From NCBI GenBank assembly GCA_035285545.1, contig JAYKGY010000126.1, positions 1-44,568 on the forward strand: a stretch of DNA of 44,568 nt, read 5' to 3'. The stretch's first letter is position 1. The number at the start of each line of letters is the position of its first letter. The DNA comes from Snowella sp. Its GTDB lineage: Bacteria > Cyanobacteriota > Cyanobacteriia > Cyanobacteriales > Microcystaceae. A model generated the notes under the pieces. The model was not told where the DNA came from and searched no databases. It saw only the letters and a list, made by a program, of their open reading frames with translations. Positions 38,882 to 44,568 of this stretch are shown here, piece after piece. Made by a program: the position numbers and the translations under genes.

Positions 38882-39037
38882 ATTTGCAAAAAACGAAATA
38901 TTTTATAAAATTTATTCGTTAATTATTCTTTTAATATAACTTTTCAGCAAAATTCTTTTTTATTCAGCAAATTTAATTAAATTTGAACTTGAGGAACTAG
39001 GGATCAAGCCGAATAAAATATTTCACATAAATTTTAA

Positions 39038-39094
39038 TGTTATTTATTCTCAATAAGGATGTAACCTATTATTGGATATTAAAAATCATTTGCA
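39038..39094. promoter_or_regulatory. Two Fur-box-like sites upstream of the lipoprotein-FTR1 operon
   Basis: TGTTATT-T-ATTCTCA (39038-39052) and TAAAAAT-C-ATTTGCA (39080-39094). The AT-rich background lowers specificity. Confidence 0.5.
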
Positions 39095-39166
39095 ATAATA
39101 TCAAAGCTAATAATTGAAGAGAAGCGTTATCTCTAACCTTCTTGTTAAGCCAATCCTCACTAACCT

Positions 39167-40183
39167 ATGAAAAAGTCTAAACGTAACACTTTTTGGGCAT
39201 TAATTACGGCAATTTCCCTTCTTAGTGCTTGTAATAGCAATCAAAATTCTAACTCTACAACGATGGCCAGTAGCTCTACTAACGCCTCGGCAACACCTGA
39301 TACGATGTTCCCTAGTCACACGATGGGGAAAAAAATCAATATTAATAATGCCATTCTTTCAGAATTAGATAAATTGGAAGCCAAATTGGGTGTGCCTGCC
39401 TTATCCAATAAAATTCAAGCCAGTCGCCCCTATGGATCAGTTGACGAATTGGTCTCTAAAAATGTCATTACCCAAGACCAACTTTCCCAAATTCAAGATC
39501 TCGTCACCGTTGAAGATATTGTCTTAGCAGGCAAAGCAAAAGATATTGATTACCTGATCAAACTCGGTTTAATGAAGGGGCATCTGATCGTCGCGCAGGA
39601 ATTGTTAGCCCAAGGAAATTCCGATCAAGCCGAACCCCATATTGGCCATCCCGTTGAAGAAATTTATGCCGATGTCGAAGATCAATTATCGGAACGTAAA
39701 GTCCCTGAGTTCAAAACAACGTTAATCACGCTCCAGGATTTAGTGAAAGCAGGCGGAAAGGATAAAACAAAAGTCGATGCCGCCTTTACCGATTCGGTCA
39801 AAGCCATTGACACCGCGATCGCGGCTTTACCTGCAACAGAATTAACATCCCCCGACTTTATATTGCCTGTCATTAATGGTTTATTGGATACTGCTAATTC
39901 GGAATATGGCGCAGCCGTCATCAATGGTAAGGTGTCTGCTCCCATTGAATATCAGGATTCACGGGGATTTGTTATCTATGCTGACCAACTTTATAAAGGG
40001 ATTGCTCCCCAACTGCAAAAAGCCGATCCCAAAGCCAATAAATCGATTCAAGCGAACCTTATTATCTTGAAAACGGTTTGGCCATCCGTTAATCCCCCCG
40101 CCACTCCTGTCAAAGCTCCAGAACAGGTCTCAAAACTGATCAAAGAAATTGAAGAAACTAGCCAAGTAATGGCACAAAAATAA
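39167..40183 (+). CDS. Lipoprotein with helix-hairpin-helix (PsbU/ComEA-like) domain and His/Glu-rich helical domain
   Basis: Lipobox LSAC, KININNA...KI...RPY.SVDELV (HhH-like), MKGHL, PHIGHPVEEIY and EYQDSRGF. Ends 1 bp before the FTR1 start. Confidence 0.8.
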   Translation: MKKSKRNTFWALITAISLLSACNSNQNSNSTTMASSSTNASATPDTMFPSHTMGKKININNAILSELDKLEAKLGVPALSNKIQASRPYGSVDELVSKNVITQDQLSQIQDLVTVEDIVLAGKAKDIDYLIKLGLMKGHLIVAQELLAQGNSDQAEPHIGHPVEEIYADVEDQLSERKVPEFKTTLITLQDLVKAGGKDKTKVDAAFTDSVKAIDTAIAALPATELTSPDFILPVINGLLDTANSEYGAAVINGKVSAPIEYQDSRGFVIYADQLYKGIAPQLQKADPKANKSIQANLIILKTVWPSVNPPATPVKAPEQVSKLIKEIEETSQVMAQK

Positions 40184-40184
40184 T

Positions 40185-41141
40185 ATGGACTATAGTGTTG
40201 CCCTCCCGACCTTTATCATTACCCTGCGCGAAGGAGTCGAAGCCGCTCTTGTGGTGGGAATTGTGGTTGCCTATCTCAAAAAAGCGGGTCAAAGTCGTTT
40301 AACGAAATGGGTTTATGGCGGAATTACCATTGGTCTGATAGCCAGTGCCATGATTGGGGTCTTTTTTAGCTGGCTGATTCAGGATTTATCAACGGTTAAT
40401 CAAAAGTACGCACCTGTTATTGAACCCTTATTAGAAGCGAGTTTTAGCGTGATGGCAGCAGCAATGCTCAGTTGGATGTTGGTATGGATGACCAAACAAG
40501 CTCGACAAATGCGCGAACAGGTAGAGGGGAATTTAAAAAAAGCTTTAAAACAGGAAATGGGCGGCGGTTGGGCAATTTTTACCCTCATCTTTTTAGCCGT
40601 TATTCGTGAAGGGTTTGAAACGGTTTTATTTATTGCGGCTAAGTTTCAACAGGGTCTTTTTCCTGCTTTGGGCGCGATCGCGGGGATCGGGGTTGCTGCT
40701 GGGATCGGCATTTTGCTGTTTAAATGGGGTGTAAAACTCAATATTCGCCTCTTCTTTAAGGTCATGGGGATTTTATTACTGCTCATTGTCGGCGGATTAA
40801 TCGTTAAAGCATTGGGTAATTTTGATACGGCTATTCATGCTCTTGCCCAACTGGATCGCCAATCCGAAGCCTTATGTTTTTACTACGAACCCTTTGCCAA
40901 ACCCCTAGACCGCGATTGTATTTTAGGGCCGATGGTTTGGAATTTTAGTAAGGTCTTACCCGAAGATAAATTTCCAGGCGTGGTCTTAAATGCCCTGTTT
41001 GGTTATCCCCAACGACTCTATGTGGTTCAAGCGTTAGGTTATGGAATTTTCTTGATTACGGTCGGCGGCATCTTCTTCCAGAGTTTATCAGGACGCTTGA
41101 TTTTTCCTTTAAAAAAATGGTGGGGAGTCCAAAAATCCTAA
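40185..41141 (+). CDS. FTR1/EfeU-family iron permease
   Basis: Two RExxE motifs (LREGVEA, IREGFET) and about 7 TM segments. Confidence 0.93.
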   Translation: MDYSVALPTFIITLREGVEAALVVGIVVAYLKKAGQSRLTKWVYGGITIGLIASAMIGVFFSWLIQDLSTVNQKYAPVIEPLLEASFSVMAAAMLSWMLVWMTKQARQMREQVEGNLKKALKQEMGGGWAIFTLIFLAVIREGFETVLFIAAKFQQGLFPALGAIAGIGVAAGIGILLFKWGVKLNIRLFFKVMGILLLLIVGGLIVKALGNFDTAIHALAQLDRQSEALCFYYEPFAKPLDRDCILGPMVWNFSKVLPEDKFPGVVLNALFGYPQRLYVVQALGYGIFLITVGGIFFQSLSGRLIFPLKKWWGVQKS

Positions 41142-41170
41142 TTTTCTCAAACGGTGTGAACGATTAGTGA

Positions 41171-42055
41171 TTAGCTCGGCGTTGAGTTAATTTCTTGAAG
41201 TTGTTGGATCATCTTTCTTAGGGAGGCACGCCAGTAGGGAGGATAGTTCCCAACGGTTTCAACGAACTTTTTGCTGGATAAAACGGAGTAGGCAGGACGA
41301 GTTGCGGGGGTTGGATAGTCGGCGGTGGTAATGGGAAGAACTCGCTGAACTTTCAACGGAAATCCGAGGGATCGGGCTTCTTCAAAAATGGCGATCGCGA
41401 AATCATACCAACTGGCCACACCACTATTGGTAAAGTGATAAATTCCGGTCGCTTCGGTTTGGCGTAATTGAATGATCGCTGAGGCAATATCGCCTGCCCA
41501 GGTGGGACTCCCGACTTGATCAGCCACAACCCTTAACTCTTCTCGCTCTTGCCCTAAACGCAGCATGGTCTTGACAAAATTACTTTTCCCGTAAACCCCA
41601 TAAACCCAAGCTGTCCTTAAGATTAGATAGCGATCGCCGACTTGCTCAATTCCCCTCTCTCCCGCTAATTTGGTTTGACCATAAATACTCAAGGGGGCCG
41701 TCGGATCGGTTTCTCCATAAGGCGTATTTTTTTGGCCGTTAAACACATAATCCGTAGAAAGATGACATAGGAAAGCTCCGATTTTTGCTGCTTCTTCGGC
41801 CATAATCGTTGGAGCTAAGGCGTTTACTGCTTGGGCTAGGGTGGGTTCCCTTTCGGCCCGATCAACGGCGGTATAGGCTGCTGAGTTAATAATGCCATCG
41901 GGTTGAATTTGTTGAATAAGTTGACGAATTTGCTCCCCTTGGCTGAGATCTAACTGAGCGCGAGTTACACCGACCACTTCTCCTAATCGGGGTAAAACCT
42001 GCTGTAATTCCCGCCCGACTTGCCCATCTGCCCCCGTGAGTAAAATCCGTCCCAT
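41171..42055 (-). CDS. rfbD: dTDP-4-dehydrorhamnose reductase
   Basis: TGADGQVG, AAYTAVDRAE, STDYVF, YGQTK..GE, RTAWVY, DQVGSPT and PA.RPAYS. ATG at 42055. Confidence 0.95.
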   Translation of the reverse strand: MGRILLTGADGQVGRELQQVLPRLGEVVGVTRAQLDLSQGEQIRQLIQQIQPDGIINSAAYTAVDRAEREPTLAQAVNALAPTIMAEEAAKIGAFLCHLSTDYVFNGQKNTPYGETDPTAPLSIYGQTKLAGERGIEQVGDRYLILRTAWVYGVYGKSNFVKTMLRLGQEREELRVVADQVGSPTWAGDIASAIIQLRQTEATGIYHFTNSGVASWYDFAIAIFEEARSLGFPLKVQRVLPITTADYPTPATRPAYSVLSSKKFVETVGNYPPYWRASLRKMIQQLQEINSTPS

Positions 42056-42230
42056 CGTTCTCTTGCCCCGTCGATGTTTGAACACTCCTTACTGTATCAG
42101 TAACTTTTTCAACTCACTACTGGATTTTGAGGATGACCGTTGAGCTAATGATTTAAATTCATCCAGTGGAACGTTTAAAGATAATGGATAATGGAGCAGA
42201 GACACGCGCAAACCCGATCCATCTTCCCCG

Positions 42231-44105
42231 ATGAAACAGTCCATCAAGCCCGGCAAATTAATTAATAATCGTTACTTAGTGGATCGTGTCCTGAGTGAGG
42301 GAAGATTTAGTCGTACCTATTTAACAGAAGATACCCATCGTTTTCATGAAGCCTGTGTGGTTAAAGAATTTGCCCCTCAGATTCAAGATCCGGTTGTTCT
42401 CAAAAAAACCACCGAACTATTTCAGCGTCAGGCAGAAATTCTCTACACGATCTACCATCCTCAAGTTGCCAATTTTCGCGAATTTTTTCGACTTTCTCAA
42501 GATAGTCACACTTCTTTATTTCTGGTTCAAGATTACGTAGAAGGAGAAACCTACCAAAATCTCCTAACGATGCGCCAACGCCAGGGAAAGCGGTTTACGG
42601 AAGGGGAAGTGAGGTTTTTATTACAGCAATTGTTGTCTGTGGTGCAATATCTCCATGAGCAAGGCATTGTTCATCGTGATATCTGTCCCAAAAATATTAT
42701 TCAGCGAGAATTCGACCAGTTACCCGTTTTAATTGATTTTAGTAGTGTTAAGGAAGTTACCGCGATCGCTGAAAAAGAATCCCAGGCGCAAATTACTCGT
42801 CAACCAACGATAACCGCATTGGTTCGAGAAGATCTCTCTGGGTTGGGCACGACGGCTATTGTATTATTAACAGGCAAAGAGATTTCCTCGCCGGCCCTTT
42901 CCTCCGAGCAGATAAGAGAGGATTTGCAACAATGGGGGATTAGCGCAGAACTATCCCATATTCTGTTAAAGTTGGTCGCTGATCCATCGGAGCCACATTT
43001 TTTCTCTGTTCAGGAAGTTCTCGATTGTCTAACCGTAGTGGCGGATAAGTCGCCCGAATCCCCTTCTGCCCAAGCTCAAGCGGAAACCACTGGCAAGAAT
43101 CCTTCCGTCACTGCATCCCCACCTGATTCGTTGCCTCCTGTTGATCCGAATGAGCCGAAAAATGATATGGCGGTTAAATCTTCCTCCTCTAAAAATGTTC
43201 TTTGGGGCTGCATAGGAAAGTTAAGCGTATTTTTAGTTCTCATCCTGAGTTCGGGAATCCTGGGCTGGTTTGCCGGAAAAGCATGGCTTGAGCAAGTTTT
43301 AACACCAAAACCTGTGCCAAGTTCGGATATTTTAACTGAATCTCCCTCCAACTCATCCCCTGTTTCGATGGCTAATAACGCCAAAATGACGGATCGCCTG
43401 CGAACGCGTCTGCAATCGTTAGGTATTGATCCCCTATTTTTTAGCCGTTTAGTTGATCAAAGTTTAACCCTTCCCATTACAAAGATCCCTCAGGCGAGTC
43501 CATCCCCCTTCAGTGACCAGCAATGGCAACAGGCGGCGAATACGCTATTGGATAAACTGAGTCTGCTTAGCCCAGAAGCATTACAGGAATTGGGTCGCTA
43601 TAGCGGGACACAACGGAATGAGTGGGTTCGACAGGTCAATCAATTGCGTCTGAGTAGCCGATCGCTGACCAATTTAGTGAATGTGCGTTTTTTTCAGGAT
43701 TTTCCTGAGTTAGAGAGTCAAAATTTTCAAGGTCAACCCTTAGAGCAAGTCTGGTACGCGATCGCCTTTGATACGGTTAAGGCTTTACAGCAACAAAAAA
43801 ACTATGAATTGTTAGCCAGAAATAGTACCCAAAACACCCAACAAGTGACGGGAAAACTATCGCCAGGGGAAGGAAAAGCCTATGTCATTTCCCTACCGGC
43901 TTCTAAACCGATGGAGATTAAGCTAGAAGGCGATCCCGATGCGGTATTAACCATTTATTCTCCGACAGGGCAACAGACTTTACTCGATAATTCGCGCACC
44001 CACCAATGGTCAGGGGTGTTACCGGAAACGGGCTATTATGAAATTATTGTTGCTTCCAAGGCGAAGGCTCCCTTTGATTATCAATTAACGCTCAGTGTTT
44101 GGTAA
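42231..44105 (+). CDS. Membrane-anchored Ser/Thr kinase-like protein (probable pseudokinase) with C-terminal extracytoplasmic domain
   Basis: VVKE and HRDICPKN are present, but the Gly-loop is SEGRFS, DFG is DFS and there is no APE segment. One TM helix and a C-terminal PPC-like beta domain (WSGVLPETGYYEI). Confidence 0.8.
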   Translation: MKQSIKPGKLINNRYLVDRVLSEGRFSRTYLTEDTHRFHEACVVKEFAPQIQDPVVLKKTTELFQRQAEILYTIYHPQVANFREFFRLSQDSHTSLFLVQDYVEGETYQNLLTMRQRQGKRFTEGEVRFLLQQLLSVVQYLHEQGIVHRDICPKNIIQREFDQLPVLIDFSSVKEVTAIAEKESQAQITRQPTITALVREDLSGLGTTAIVLLTGKEISSPALSSEQIREDLQQWGISAELSHILLKLVADPSEPHFFSVQEVLDCLTVVADKSPESPSAQAQAETTGKNPSVTASPPDSLPPVDPNEPKNDMAVKSSSSKNVLWGCIGKLSVFLVLILSSGILGWFAGKAWLEQVLTPKPVPSSDILTESPSNSSPVSMANNAKMTDRLRTRLQSLGIDPLFFSRLVDQSLTLPITKIPQASPSPFSDQQWQQAANTLLDKLSLLSPEALQELGRYSGTQRNEWVRQVNQLRLSSRSLTNLVNVRFFQDFPELESQNFQGQPLEQVWYAIAFDTVKALQQQKNYELLARNSTQNTQQVTGKLSPGEGKAYVISLPASKPMEIKLEGDPDAVLTIYSPTGQQTLLDNSRTHQWSGVLPETGYYEIIVASKAKAPFDYQLTLSVW

Positions 44106-44443
44106 AAGATCGATTCGGACGCGATCGCTATCGTTTTCAGGATGAATGCTCTGATTTAAGTAAGTTTTGATATCTTGACGACGTTCTAACAAATGCCGGA
44201 AACACCCTTCTAGGTCTTTGGACGTGAATAAGCGGTCGCCGACCCAAAGCTTAGAAAATTTTTATAGTTATTGACGAAAATAGGGAATACTGAGAATATT
44301 AGGATCACATCAATAAGCAATAAGCGATTTATGGTTCTTTCCATTTCTAGACCTTATCAACATCAACCCCACTCTGAAAACTCTTCAGATCAATTGAATC
44401 GTGATTTAGATGCTAGAAAATTAAGGCTAACAATAGAAAGTAA

Positions 44444-44568
44444 TATAGCAATTCCTTGATAAATGAGGTACAGTAAGAGGACTAAATTTGAGACAAAAGC
44501 CATGAAACCCTATTCATTAGATTTTAGAAAGAAAATCTTAGAAGTCCGTGAAAAAGAAAATCTTTCTG
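44444..44568 (+). mobile_element. IS630-family element, left end and transposase start (truncated by window edge)
   Basis: TA target followed by TAGCAATTCCTTGATAAATGAGGTACA, then ATG at 44502 reading MKPYSLDFRKKILEVREKENLS (IS630 N-terminal YS.D.R.KI motif). Confidence 0.8.

Larger units (their letters stand above)
152..44128. repeat. HIP1 octamer GCGATCGC dispersed throughout
   Basis: Dozens of copies in coding and intergenic DNA (e.g. 152, 26572, 26918, 31484). They are sparse in the AT-rich accessory genes. Confidence 0.95.

Noticed and set aside
1598..43384. Numerous 60-165 aa ORFs antisense or out of frame within long genes
   Set aside because: Shadow ORFs of well-supported genes with no independent motifs.
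44183..44256. Possible integron attC site (CTAACAA...TTAGAA)
   Set aside because: The core sites do not fit RYYYAAC/GTTRRRY, and there is no integrase or cassette array.
1..44568. CRISPR arrays, tRNA/rRNA genes, prophage or integrase genes
   Set aside because: No regularly spaced repeats, cloverleaf or rRNA-like segments, or phage/integrase motifs were recognised by eye. A covariance-model scan would be needed to exclude small RNAs.

Overview
Cyanobacterial chromosomal segment. The HIP1 octamer GCGATCGC is abundant, and the proteins resemble those of Synechocystis/Microcystis-type unicellular strains. The window is cut by two IS elements: the 3' end of an IS5-family transposase on the left and the 5' end of an IS630-family transposase on the right. 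The backbone is housekeeping and regulatory: fmt, an OCP C-terminal-domain homolog, recO, MFS, sigE, priA, a multi-PAS diguanylate cyclase, UPF0182, uvrA, ffh, comB, squalene synthase, rfbD and two Ser/Thr kinase-like genes. AT-rich accessory pieces are interspersed: an ABC-type ATPase + DUF4276 (TOPRIM-like) pair followed by an internally deleted Uma2 gene; a DUF29 gene behind a REP-like palindrome; and a defence/toxin-antitoxin islet next to uvrA (orphan purT 3' end, a PtuAB/Septu-like ATPase + HNH pair with no RT, a decayed hicB, intact higBA). The best candidate for an under-described system is a Fur-box-flanked iron-uptake cluster: a Tat-exported two-domain multicopper oxidase with its type-1 Cu site in domain 1 and an axial Leu, a helix-hairpin-helix lipoprotein with a His/Glu-rich domain, and an FTR1 permease. 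Features the ORF track misses: a nonsense-interrupted conserved gene (10643-11413), a perfect CRP box, an NtcA-type sigE promoter, a hicB remnant, and two stranded gene 3' ends that each sit beside a HIP1 site and converge on an accessory gene. All family calls come from motif recognition; no database searches were run.
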